Made by a program: the position numbers and the translations under genes
NCBI GenBank assembly: GCA_965204375.1
Contig: OZ241986.1
Span: forward strand, 4,096,001-4,160,000
DNA length: 64,000 nucleotides
Source of the DNA: Candidatus Latescibacterota bacterium
GTDB taxonomy: Bacteria > Latescibacterota > UBA2968
Direction: 5' to 3'
Notes under the pieces: model-generated
The model's input: the letters and a program-made list of their open reading frames with translations, nothing else
Database searches by the model: none
What the model was told of the DNA's origin: nothing
Part shown: positions 50,349 through 59,374 of the stretch, one piece after another
How the letters are laid out: every line of letters starts with the position of its first letter
How positions within the stretch are numbered: position 1 is the stretch's first letter

Positions 50349-51890
50349 ATGCGACCACTTATCCTCTCCATACTCGCGCTCCTCCTCGCCGTTGCCTCGC
50401 CGCACGCGAAAACCCCCACCTTTAGCGAACACGTCTCGTCCATCATATACAACAACTGCACATCGTGCCATCGAAACGGTGAAATAGGGCCTATGCCCCT
50501 CACAAATTACAGCGAAATCGCGGCATATGCAGACATGATCAAATACGTCACAGAAACCCAGTACATGCCCCCGTGGAAACCCGATTACAACTACAGCCAG
50601 CACATCGGCGCGAGAACACTCACCAAAACAGAAATCAACACCATCGCAAACTGGGCCAACGCGGGCTTTCCCCAGGGCGATATCGCCCTTGAAGCACCCA
50701 TGCCGGAATTCCCAACAGGCTCTGTACTCGGCACCCCCGACCTCGTACTCACCATGGCAGAACCCTTTACCATCCGCGGCGACAATGAGGACCAGTACCA
50801 GGTCTTCGTCATCCCAACCCACCTCACAGAAGACCGGGAAATCGAAGCCGTTGAATTTCGACCTGGCAACAGCAGAATCGTCCACCACGCCCTCATCGGC
50901 GCCGACATCACGGGCACTGGTCGCCAAAGAGACCTCGAAACCCCGGAATACGGCTACGAATCCTTTGGTGCATTCGGCGCGCCAACCGCTGTCGTCCTGC
51001 CCGGATATACACCCGGCGCAAAACCCTCGATATATCCCAAAGGCGTTGGACACATCCTCCCCAAAAACTCCGACTTATTGATCCAGGTACACTACGCACC
51101 CTGGCCGCTTGCAGAATCCGATCAATCCAGCGTCAACATATTCTTCAAAAAAGAACCCATCGAAAGAGAAGTGGGCTTTATCAGCTTTGCACCGCTCACC
51201 ACCGACGGTAAAACACTGAGCAGAATATTCAGGGTCCTGCTCGGAGAGGAACGACACGGCGGCACCCCCGTAGAAAAAATCCAAATCAACGACCTCTTTG
51301 TCATCCCGAAAGACCAGATCAAAACATTTCGCACAACGCTCTTCATCAATCGGGACATCAGCCTCCTGTCCATCTATCCCCACATGCACTTGCTGGGCAA
51401 ATCCTGGGAAATCTATGCCACGGACCCACAGGGCAACCGCACCAACCTCATCCGTATTGAAGACTGGGATTTTAACTGGCAGGGCAATTACACCTTCACC
51501 CAATATCAAAAAATAGCTGCGGGATCCCAAATCCACGCCATTGCCACCTACGACAACACCTCAAACAACCCGGTCAACCCCAACCATCCCCCCCGCAACT
51601 CGACCTGGGGCGAAAAAACCACCGATGAAATGCTCTTAGCGGTCATGGAATACATACCCTACCGACAGGGCGATGAAAACATCGCCCTCACCGTTGGCAA
51701 AGGCGGCGAAATGAGCATAGACTTCAACGGCAATGGACAACGGGACTTTGCCGACTTCCTCTTATTCATCCAGAACTTTGGCCTGAACCGAGGCGACACC
51801 AGCTATCAGCGTCACTTTGACCTCAACGGAGATGGACACATCAACTTTACCGACTTTATCATCTTCGCCAATCAATACGCAACGCAATAA
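50349..51890 (+). CDS. Secreted c-type heme plus copper type II monooxygenase-like protein with EF-hand/dockerin-like tail
   Basis: CTSCH, MPPW, IVHH, QVHY, PHMHLLG, WDFNWQ, DEM; DFNGNG..DFADF / DLNGDG..NFTDF. Confidence 0.8.
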   Translation: MRPLILSILALLLAVASPHAKTPTFSEHVSSIIYNNCTSCHRNGEIGPMPLTNYSEIAAYADMIKYVTETQYMPPWKPDYNYSQHIGARTLTKTEINTIANWANAGFPQGDIALEAPMPEFPTGSVLGTPDLVLTMAEPFTIRGDNEDQYQVFVIPTHLTEDREIEAVEFRPGNSRIVHHALIGADITGTGRQRDLETPEYGYESFGAFGAPTAVVLPGYTPGAKPSIYPKGVGHILPKNSDLLIQVHYAPWPLAESDQSSVNIFFKKEPIEREVGFISFAPLTTDGKTLSRIFRVLLGEERHGGTPVEKIQINDLFVIPKDQIKTFRTTLFINRDISLLSIYPHMHLLGKSWEIYATDPQGNRTNLIRIEDWDFNWQGNYTFTQYQKIAAGSQIHAIATYDNTSNNPVNPNHPPRNSTWGEKTTDEMLLAVMEYIPYRQGDENIALTVGKGGEMSIDFNGNGQRDFADFLLFIQNFGLNRGDTSYQRHFDLNGDGHINFTDFIIFANQYATQ

Positions 51891-51944
51891 AAAGCGGGCT
51901 GGTACGGGGGAGAGAAACTTTCAATCTTTACTGGAGTATTTGTT

Positions 51945-52151
51945 ATGCAACTCCCAACAGTGGAAAACAAACTTTCCGAGTTTGACGCCCGCTTGAGTCG
52001 TATTGAAGGTGTCATTGAGCAGATGAACACGCGCTTGAATGGTGTTGAGCAAGGCCAGCGTGAAATTTTGTCATGGATTCGCTGGCTTGTTGGAATCCAG
52101 ATCACAACCTTGTTGACCCTCGGAACGCTCATTCTGTTCAAACTCGGATAA
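51945..52151 (+). CDS. Small coiled-coil protein with C-terminal TM anchor
   Basis: GGAG RBS; paralog of 58067-58354. Confidence 0.7.
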   Translation: MQLPTVENKLSEFDARLSRIEGVIEQMNTRLNGVEQGQREILSWIRWLVGIQITTLLTLGTLILFKLG

Positions 52152-52157
52152 TAGCAG

Positions 52158-52197
52158 AAAAAAAAGGCTCCTGAAGATATGATCTCCAGGAGCCTTT
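52158..52197. terminator. Bidirectional terminator
   Basis: AAAGGCTCCTG..CAGGAGCCTTT. Confidence 0.75.
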
Positions 52198-52210
52198 ATA
52201 CATTCCATTT

Positions 52211-52273
52211 CCTCCTTCACACTTCCTCCTTCACACTTCCTCCTTCACACTTCCTACTTCACACTTCTCACTT
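52211..52273. repeat. Heptamer array (CCTCCTT/CACACTT/CCTACTT) running into a stop codon
   Basis: About 9 units; the last unit contains the TGA of 52268-53146. Confidence 0.9.
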
Positions 52274-53146
52274 CACCACCCGCGTTGTCTCGCCATCGGA
52301 CTCCAGCAGGGGCAACTGGCCCCCGTGATGGACCCCGGGACCGTACAAAACCGCTTGTTGTTCTGCCGTCAACTCACTCACCCAATCGCCATAGCGTTCC
52401 TGGGGCGTAAAATACTTGCCCACAGCGCGCGCCGCTGCGCGAGAAGCGTACTTATAAAGCACAGAACGCCGCTCCCCATCGCTGCGCCACGGCAGCGTGC
52501 CATGCGTCATCGTCTCCGCAAAAAAGAGCACATCGCCCGCTTGCATCACAGGTTGATAAACCAGACCCATATCGTCCTCTACAGAACGCACCTCAGCGGG
52601 TGTAGGCTCGGCTGTCTTATGACTCCCCGGCACACAGGCAAAACCACCATCGCCCTCATTCACATCCGTCAATTGCCACGCCACAGTAATACCCCGACAG
52701 AAAATCTTTCCATTCTGCTGGTGATACCACACCGACTGGCTAAACGGCTCGCCACCGCCGTGCAGTGTATGGCCCTCTGCACCCTTATGCGCGCTAATCA
52801 ACAGCGGACCGTGATCCAGGCGAAAACCCTTGCCACTAAACTCATTCAAACGACTCACCACAACCGGATGAACGAGCAACTTCCGAAACGGCTCGCGATA
52901 GGGTTCGGGCCAGCCCAACATACCCGTAAGCTCGCGCCGCCCCTCCTTCCCAGTAAGCGCGGACGAACCCCGCGCCAAACCGCCATCTTCAATAGACCGC
53001 GTCCTGATCTCATCGCCATAGTGATCAATCACATCATTACACGCCTTGACCTCATCCGCAGACAGAGCACCTCGCACGACCAGATAACCGCGCAGGTCAA
53101 AAAAGTACTTCTCCTCTTCACTCACTGTATAAAGGCTATTACCCAT
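52268..53146 (-). CDS. PhyH-family Fe/2OG enzyme with HXG motif
   Basis: YFFDLRGYL, TLHGGG, LTDV..GDGGFACVPGSHK, MTHGT, ERRS. Confidence 0.85.
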   Translation of the reverse strand: MGNSLYTVSEEEKYFFDLRGYLVVRGALSADEVKACNDVIDHYGDEIRTRSIEDGGLARGSSALTGKEGRRELTGMLGWPEPYREPFRKLLVHPVVVSRLNEFSGKGFRLDHGPLLISAHKGAEGHTLHGGGEPFSQSVWYHQQNGKIFCRGITVAWQLTDVNEGDGGFACVPGSHKTAEPTPAEVRSVEDDMGLVYQPVMQAGDVLFFAETMTHGTLPWRSDGERRSVLYKYASRAAARAVGKYFTPQERYGDWVSELTAEQQAVLYGPGVHHGGQLPLLESDGETTRVVK

Positions 53147-53175
53147 GGTAAAACGCTCCTGTTCTTATACTACGC

Positions 53176-54033
53176 TTACGCCTCTATTTTCACACGCCCA
53201 TCTTCACAGACCTCCAGAGATGGCACGCGGCCCCTGTGATTGGAATAAGGACCATACATAACCGACAACTGCTCGGGCGTCATATCCTCGACAATCTCTC
53301 GATCCCAATAAATCTCCGGCGGCGACACCTCCTGAGAAGGACCGCCCCGCGCACATGTGCGAGCTGTGTATTTGAACAAAATGGACCGCCGCGTTGAATC
53401 CAACTTCCACGGCGTTGCACCGTGTGATTGCGCGCTATCCATAAAAAAGACGACATCGCCAGCCTCCACCACCGGCTGCTTGATCAAACCCATATCGTCA
53501 TCTCCTGTACGCACACCATTTGGCATCGGAAACATCGCCTTATGGCTCGATGGCACACAGGCAAATCCACCCATCCCCTCCTTGCAATCGTGCAACTGCC
53601 ACGCCACAGTCACACCACCCACCCACGGCTTGCCATTCTGATGGTGATACGCGACATACGGCCGATGTGGCTCGCCATTACCGTGCATCGTATGGCCTGC
53701 AGTACCCTTATTGCTCACAATAAACATCGGACCGTGATCCAGCCGAAACCCCGTGCCACACATCACATTGAGATACTTCACCAGCACCGGGTGTGCCAGC
53801 ATCTCCCGGAAAGGTTCACAATCCGGTTTTGGAAATTCCAGAATACCGGGCAACATAGGACGTCCCGTACCGGCAAAAGTAACCGAATCCCTCGCCGTGG
53901 AACCGCCAACCTGAACCCGACCCCAGTAGCGATCCACAATATCATTCGCCCGCGCAACCTCCTCTGTTGACAACACACCTTTCACGACGAGGTATCCCGT
54001 CAAATCCCAGAAATATCGCTCGCGCGCATCCAT
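53176..54033 (-). CDS. PhyH-family Fe/2OG enzyme with HXN motif
   Basis: YFWDLTGYL, TMHGNG, GGFACVPSSHK, QSHGA, TRRS. Confidence 0.85.
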   Translation of the reverse strand: MDARERYFWDLTGYLVVKGVLSTEEVARANDIVDRYWGRVQVGGSTARDSVTFAGTGRPMLPGILEFPKPDCEPFREMLAHPVLVKYLNVMCGTGFRLDHGPMFIVSNKGTAGHTMHGNGEPHRPYVAYHHQNGKPWVGGVTVAWQLHDCKEGMGGFACVPSSHKAMFPMPNGVRTGDDDMGLIKQPVVEAGDVVFFMDSAQSHGATPWKLDSTRRSILFKYTARTCARGGPSQEVSPPEIYWDREIVEDMTPEQLSVMYGPYSNHRGRVPSLEVCEDGRVKIEA

Positions 54034-54272
54034 AAGGCATCTCCTTTTGAGACAGGTGAATATTTTTTAACATGAATATCAATGAACCTAAAATTTAAAA
54101 AAGTCAATTTTTTTCGACAGAGCGCGGAGAGAAAATTACGGCACAGGAGATACATTCTATTTTAAACTGAACTTTGAAACCAAATTTTATTCAAAGAAAT
54201 CCTTGATGGTGTACAGAATTGTGCATACATTTTGGGTAATTATTTGGTATAATTTTGTGAAAGGAGATAGAT

Positions 54273-54521
54273 ATGGCAACCACAACCGTGAGAATTGACG
54301 AAGCAACCCGGGATAAACTCAGAATCATTGCGAACAGCGAAAACGAGCCTATACACGTTATTCTGGAGCGTGCAATTGAAGATTATCGCCGCAAGCGTTT
54401 CTTGGAAGATGCGAATCGCGCTTACAACGCGCTCCGTCAGAATCAAAAGGCCTGGGCAGAAGAATTAGAAGAGCGTGCAGTATGGGATGCAACACTTTCA
54501 GACAACCTTGAGGATGAGTAA
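54273..54521 (+). CDS. Ribbon-helix-helix antitoxin
   Basis: TTTVRI, AIE.YRR..FL..AN.AY, W.EE..ER..WD.TL.D; directly upstream of PemK. Confidence 0.8.
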   Translation: MATTTVRIDEATRDKLRIIANSENEPIHVILERAIEDYRRKRFLEDANRAYNALRQNQKAWAEELEERAVWDATLSDNLEDE

Positions 54522-54546
54522 ACATCTACACCATGAGAAATTAAGA

Positions 54547-54888
54547 ATGCCAGAAATATTAAGAGGAGAAATTTGGTTGGTTGACTTGAATCCAACCCGA
54601 GGCCATGAACAAGCAGGTACACGTCCTTGTTTAATTGTATCAGTAGATATTTTTAATCAGGGACCAGCAGGTATAGTTGTCGTTCTTCCACTCACTACTC
54701 AAAATAAAAGAATTCCCTTCCATGTGGAAGTATCTCCACCAGAAGGTGGAATAAAAACAATGAGTTTTATCAAGTGCGAAGACATCCGAGCCGTTAGCAC
54801 AGGACGGCTAAAAAATAGATGGGGTGCGGTTTCCGTAGAAACTCTAACAGCTATTGAGGATCGACTACGCATTTTGCTCAATATCTAA
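54547..54888 (+). CDS. PemK/MazF family toxin
   Basis: RGEIWLVDLNPTRGHEQAGTRPCLIVS.D.FN. Confidence 0.92.
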   Translation: MPEILRGEIWLVDLNPTRGHEQAGTRPCLIVSVDIFNQGPAGIVVVLPLTTQNKRIPFHVEVSPPEGGIKTMSFIKCEDIRAVSTGRLKNRWGAVSVETLTAIEDRLRILLNI

Positions 54889-54899
54889 ATTCATCATTT

Positions 54900-55067
54900 T
54901 TAAGTCAAAACAAATCCATAAAAAGTGGTATTGCCCTCCACGGTATTAAACACAGAAGCGTACTGGCTCAAAAAATCTTTCTGTTTAACATCGGGCGCAA
55001 ACAACTCGCCCACCCACGCTTTATTGCCCCAAATCGGACAGCCCAAAAAATACCGTTCAATGCTCAT
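54900..55067 (-). pseudogene. DUF72 (YecE-like) N-terminal fragment
   Basis: [27 protein letters not shown] then premature end. Confidence 0.75.
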
Positions 55068-55155
55068 GACCGCCCCAGACATGCCAACCACCTATTGGGT
55101 GATTGACTCTTAAATAAATAAACCGTATTTTGAATAAAATGATAGGAACCCGACA

Positions 55156-55401
55156 ATGCTTGATCTACCTTATTCCTTGATCATTGAAGCCACAGAAGAG
55201 CCGGATTTTTTTGGCTTTTACTCCCCAGAACTCGAAGGTTTTACAGGTATTGGACATTCCATCGAAGATTGCATGTTCAAAGCAAAATGGGGAATGGAAG
55301 AACACGTTGAACTCTTGAAAGAACAGGGCCTTCCGGTACCCGATAAAAACCCCAATCCGAATATCCTCATCCAAAACCAACAGGCACTTTCTACCGTATA
55401 G
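55156..55401 (+). CDS. HicB-family antitoxin (orphan)
   Basis: Y.LIIE..FGFYSPELEGFTGIGHSIED..L.EQGLPVP. Confidence 0.8.
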   Translation: MLDLPYSLIIEATEEPDFFGFYSPELEGFTGIGHSIEDCMFKAKWGMEEHVELLKEQGLPVPDKNPNPNILIQNQQALSTV

Positions 55402-55402
55402 A

Positions 55403-56962
55403 TCACTTTCCTCCCACCCACAACCCCACAACACATGGCTGATCTTTATCCTCAAACGGATTGATCAAATCGGTATTAAACCCGCCCCAATCACTCGATT
55501 TTCTCATCTTACTACTGCTCCGTTCACCCGTCAAAATCGCCATCCAATCCACCGTTATCGGCATCTCCCCACCCACAACAGACAAATCAATACGCGTATC
55601 CCCGCCCTCGGGCAAATACACCAGATACGCATTCCCTGCCAGCGCCAGACAAAGACCCCGCTCCACATATTCATTATCCCCAACCATCTGATTAAACGGC
55701 AAACCCGCCAAAAAATCCCGCAACTCCCGATACCTCATCCAACTCTCTGGCACCGGCTCAAACTTAATCAAATCCCACGACGTATTATCGTAATAATAAC
55801 ACGGATACGCGCCCGCCGCGTAAATCGCCCACGTCCACTTTAAAATATCATCCCATTCGGCAGTCGTGCGCCCGCGATACGTCTTGAGCTGCTCCTCAGC
55901 AAGCTCATACCCGTATTCCACATTCACATACGGCGTACCCGAATTGCGCATCCTGCGAATCGCCTCCCGATTGTAGCGCGCAGCATCGGACAAATGCACC
56001 TGATCCGTCACAAAATCCGACTGGCGATCGGGTTCAGAAAGCGTACCCGCGTTTCGGATCTCAACATCGTGCACCGTCAGCAAATGCCCATACGCATCTG
56101 CCTTGCGAATAATATCCATACGATCCAGAACATAATCGTGATCGCCCATCTCTCGATACAGATTCTTGCTCTCCTTGCCCACATCCCAGACCACATTGCC
56201 AAAAGCCTGGTACCGCGCAACCGCATAGCGCCAGAACCGATCATCTGCTTCTGTCTCGCGCGCCGGCCAATTCACCTGCTTATTTTGCACCTGCAGCATC
56301 AGATGAACCACAATCCCCTTCCCGTGCAAATAGCGCATCAACCGGTCAAAATCGCGAAAAAAAACGATATTCATCCGCTCGTGATCCGGCGCATCATTTG
56401 TGCCCTCAAACAAATACATCTTCGGCGGCCCAAAAATATACTCCGGCAACATCGGGCGCGTATCGTCATTCGGCCGCGAACCAAAACCCGTATGGGCGTA
56501 CAAATTCATCACAAAACAATTGAACCCCCGGCTCGCGACCAGATCGACATGCCGATAACACCGCGCCGCATCTGCCTGGTGATAACTAAACAACCAGTCG
56601 CACTCAAAACCCAAATATAAAAACGGCGTACCATCAGACCACGCAAACCGCTGTGGGTACTCTGGATCAATACCCACCAGACCATGCACATCGGGATTCT
56701 CATTCCCCACACATTGTACAGACCACTCAGCCCCATCCAGATCCAAATGCTCAGACCGAGAACATCCCCTCCAAACACCTTCTACACTTGGACTAAACCG
56801 GACAACCCACTTATCCCCATCAAAAAAACCGGGCAAATTTTCAACCACCTCGCCCAGTTCGTGTGTAAAAGTTGCGGTCACCTCGACCGCAAATGGATTT
56901 TTATCACCCACATCCGCATACAATTCAAAATCGCACACCGCGTATTGCTGCACTTCTAACAT
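55403..56962 (-). CDS. DUF5060/DUF4038 (apiosidase-like) glycoside hydrolase-fold protein
   Basis: NPF.VEV.ATF..GFFDG..W.VRFSP..EG.W, DGTPF.YLG, VARY.AF.NV.W, EYGYE. Confidence 0.75.
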   Translation of the reverse strand: MLEVQQYAVCDFELYADVGDKNPFAVEVTATFTHELGEVVENLPGFFDGDKWVVRFSPSVEGVWRGCSRSEHLDLDGAEWSVQCVGNENPDVHGLVGIDPEYPQRFAWSDGTPFLYLGFECDWLFSYHQADAARCYRHVDLVASRGFNCFVMNLYAHTGFGSRPNDDTRPMLPEYIFGPPKMYLFEGTNDAPDHERMNIVFFRDFDRLMRYLHGKGIVVHLMLQVQNKQVNWPARETEADDRFWRYAVARYQAFGNVVWDVGKESKNLYREMGDHDYVLDRMDIIRKADAYGHLLTVHDVEIRNAGTLSEPDRQSDFVTDQVHLSDAARYNREAIRRMRNSGTPYVNVEYGYELAEEQLKTYRGRTTAEWDDILKWTWAIYAAGAYPCYYYDNTSWDLIKFEPVPESWMRYRELRDFLAGLPFNQMVGDNEYVERGLCLALAGNAYLVYLPEGGDTRIDLSVVGGEMPITVDWMAILTGERSSSKMRKSSDWGGFNTDLINPFEDKDQPCVVGLWVGGK

Positions 56963-57088
56963 CGACCTTATCCTCTCTCACTTGTAAGATTTGATCACAT
57001 AATACAACAGCACACCCAGCACAATAATTACAACCCCCACCCAGATCAGTGCCCAAAATTGAACATCCATCTGGTAGCCCTCCGCCTG

Positions 57089-57898
57089 TCATTCCCCATC
57101 CTCAATCGACACATCCCGCACATCATCTGTCCAATCGATCCAGATATCATCTCCCGGGGGTTCTTCCTGAAGCTGGGGCATATCGTTCAGCTTAAAATCG
57201 TACAACACCGCCTTTCGAATCTGCCGCGAATAATTGGCCGACGCCATATGCCCGATGCGGTGGTGCCAAAAAACAATATCGCCGGGTTCGCCATGCGTCT
57301 GATATGAATTCTCGTCACAAGATTGAAACGCTTCCCTATGCTTCTCCATCCGGGGCAATGGTTCCCTGAGATATCGCGTCTGGTAATCGAAAAAAAACGT
57401 GCGATGACTCTTAGGCCACACCGTAAAACCACCGCCATCCTCGGGAACGTGATCGATATAACCCACCACTGCAAAATTGAACGCATGGGCATCCACATGC
57501 AAATGGCGCGGTTGGCGCTCCACATCGCCATAGGGCAACGTGCAATAAATACCGCGCACACCTGCAGGCTCAGGAAAATTCCCCTTGCCCAGCATCTGCT
57601 CCGCAGCACCCCACACAACCGGATTTTTTGCCAGCAACTCAATCATCCAGGGTTCTCTGCCCACCTTGCGGTATTGCCAGCGGTAACCGCGCTTGTAATT
57701 GCTGCTATCCATTGATTCCTCTTCCGGCTTAATAGGACCGACCCACGTATCGGGATCGTCTTTCTTCAGACTCGGCGGCGGATCGTCCCACAGGCGTTCT
57801 CGCGCGCGGGCGCACAACTCGGGATCCAGAGCACCCTTCTTCACCAGATAGCCCTCGCGTTTGAAAAAACGGATCTCATCTTCCGTAAGCACAGACAT
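57089..57898 (-). CDS. PhyH-family dioxygenase (canonical HXD)
   Basis: FFKREGYL, HLHVD, GGGFTVWPKSH, GDIVFWHH.IGH. Confidence 0.85.
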   Translation of the reverse strand: MSVLTEDEIRFFKREGYLVKKGALDPELCARARERLWDDPPPSLKKDDPDTWVGPIKPEEESMDSSNYKRGYRWQYRKVGREPWMIELLAKNPVVWGAAEQMLGKGNFPEPAGVRGIYCTLPYGDVERQPRHLHVDAHAFNFAVVGYIDHVPEDGGGFTVWPKSHRTFFFDYQTRYLREPLPRMEKHREAFQSCDENSYQTHGEPGDIVFWHHRIGHMASANYSRQIRKAVLYDFKLNDMPQLQEEPPGDDIWIDWTDDVRDVSIEDGE

Positions 57899-57989
57899 GA
57901 CTCTCTCCTCTTTTATGCGAGTTGATACTGTCAATCCAATTATAGGCACTTACGCATCGGCAATAAAGTATAAAGTGAAGTGATACAAC

Positions 57990-58020
57990 AAAAAACCCGG
58001 TCTTAAACTGAGACCGGGGG
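57990..58020 (-). terminator. Intrinsic terminator
   Basis: CCCGGTCTC..AAGACCGGG followed by a T tract on the minus strand. Confidence 0.7.
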
Positions 58021-58066
58021 AGAAATTTCATATTTGTAGTGGCGCATTCGAGAAGCCCTTTTCTGT

Positions 58067-58354
58067 TCAGGGCTTAGCAAAGGTCATAATGATTGAAACG
58101 GTTGTACCGACATTTGCAAGCAACACAACGACCAGCAGGCCAATAAGCCACCTGAAATTGCTGTTATTGCGAATGTCCATGTTGGCCAATCGGGTGTCCA
58201 TATTGGTCAACCGGGTGTCCATATTGGAAAAGCCGTTGTCAACGCGGGTTTCAAGGCCAGTCAAGCGCGTGTTCATTTGTTCAGCAATTCCCTCGACGCG
58301 CGCCAGGCGGGCGTCCATTTCGGCCAGTTTGTCTTGTGGTGTCGGAATCTGCAT
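58067..58354 (-). CDS. Small coiled-coil protein with heptad repeats and C-terminal TM
   Basis: (NMDTRL[T/A]) 21-bp repeats; FRWLIG TM; paralog of 51945-52151. Confidence 0.75.
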   Translation of the reverse strand: MQIPTPQDKLAEMDARLARVEGIAEQMNTRLTGLETRVDNGFSNMDTRLTNMDTRLANMDIRNNSNFRWLIGLLVVVLLANVGTTVSIIMTFAKP

Positions 58355-58467
58355 GGGTTTCTTTCTTCGTGTGTGGTAGTCTATACTCCGTCTATGGAAT
58401 TATACCAGACCTTTTAGACTTAAGCAAGTCCTATGGGCTTTTTTTTCGTAAATCTGACACATGACGC

Positions 58468-58554
58468 CTATCTTTGTGAACGGACATCAAAATCAAAGAT
58501 CCCCTTGAGAATCACATACCCCTGAGATTCAAACTGTTCTCGTAATGCACGCAT
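58468..58554 (-). pseudogene. PhyH N-terminal fragment
   Basis: MRALREQFESQGYVILKGIF then runs into a duplicated 43-bp segment and stops. Confidence 0.5.
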
Positions 58555-58584
58555 AGCTAACAGAAAACTCGGTCACGGACCAGA

Positions 58585-58962
58585 CTATTTAGCCTGAAAC
58601 GGTATTTGTATCTTTTTTCCTTTTTGCTTCATTTGTCGCCGTTTCAGATATGCGGCTATTGAAGTGATAAAAAATAAAACAAGGGATCCAATCCCGCAGA
58701 CTGTCAGTGAAAATGAGAAACCAGATTGTATAATTGCGACGAGGAAGGCTATGAAGGCACTGAAAAGTGTAGAAGATATGAGAGCCCATATCTCGTATTG
58801 ACTAAGGACAGATGAATCCACCATCTCTATTTCAATAGTCTCCGGCACGGAAACCATTATGTTCAAAGCCCTCGCAAAAGGGGCTGAACTTGGCTCAGAT
58901 GAATCGGCATCAACTTCATCATGATCTACAGCAGACTCTATGTCTTTGCTTTCGTCTTCCAT
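58585..58962 (-). CDS. Hypothetical 2-TM membrane protein
   Basis: Acidic N-terminus, two hydrophobic helices, basic tail; start overlaps the upstream stop. Confidence 0.7.
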   Translation of the reverse strand: MEDESKDIESAVDHDEVDADSSEPSSAPFARALNIMVSVPETIEIEMVDSSVLSQYEIWALISSTLFSAFIAFLVAIIQSGFSFSLTVCGIGSLVLFFITSIAAYLKRRQMKQKGKKIQIPFQAK

Positions 58963-59258
58963 CAGGCGGTTCTCTCTCTTATTTTTGACCAGGCCGTTTT
59001 GGGCAACCAGCCATCGTATTGGCCTCCATACATTAAGGGGCTAATGACGAAGTAGGTCGTAGCAGTAGAACTCTCGGCTACTGCTTGAAGGTTTTCCCTA
59101 ATCCCTTCCCATGCTTCCTGACTGGGCACGCTGACGATGTAAAAAGTGCTGAGAGGTCGTACCCAAGAGTAACCTTCTAAACACTCTAGTAGTCGGGAGT
59201 TGATCTCGTCCCACTCTTTGTCTTCCGATTGAATATCCCACGACACTATAAAGTGCAT
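58962..59258 (-). CDS. Cas2/VapD-like ferredoxin-fold small protein
   Basis: FIVSWDI N-terminal strand with Asp, W.RPLSTFYIV, GWLP..AW; AGGAGAGG RBS. Confidence 0.55.
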   Translation of the reverse strand: MHFIVSWDIQSEDKEWDEINSRLLECLEGYSWVRPLSTFYIVSVPSQEAWEGIRENLQAVAESSTATTYFVISPLMYGGQYDGWLPKTAWSKIRERTA

Positions 59259-59374
59259 GACCCTCTCCTTATTTATAAAGCACCTGTCATGTTATGCACG
59301 GCAAGCTAAGTTAAGAGAGTATTGATCCCCATTTTTTGGCTATTGAGAAAATATGATGTAATAGTAATCTATTG

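Noticed and set aside
58962-59258. CRISPR-Cas locus based on a Cas2-like ORF
   Set aside because: No cas1, effector genes or repeat-spacer array nearby.
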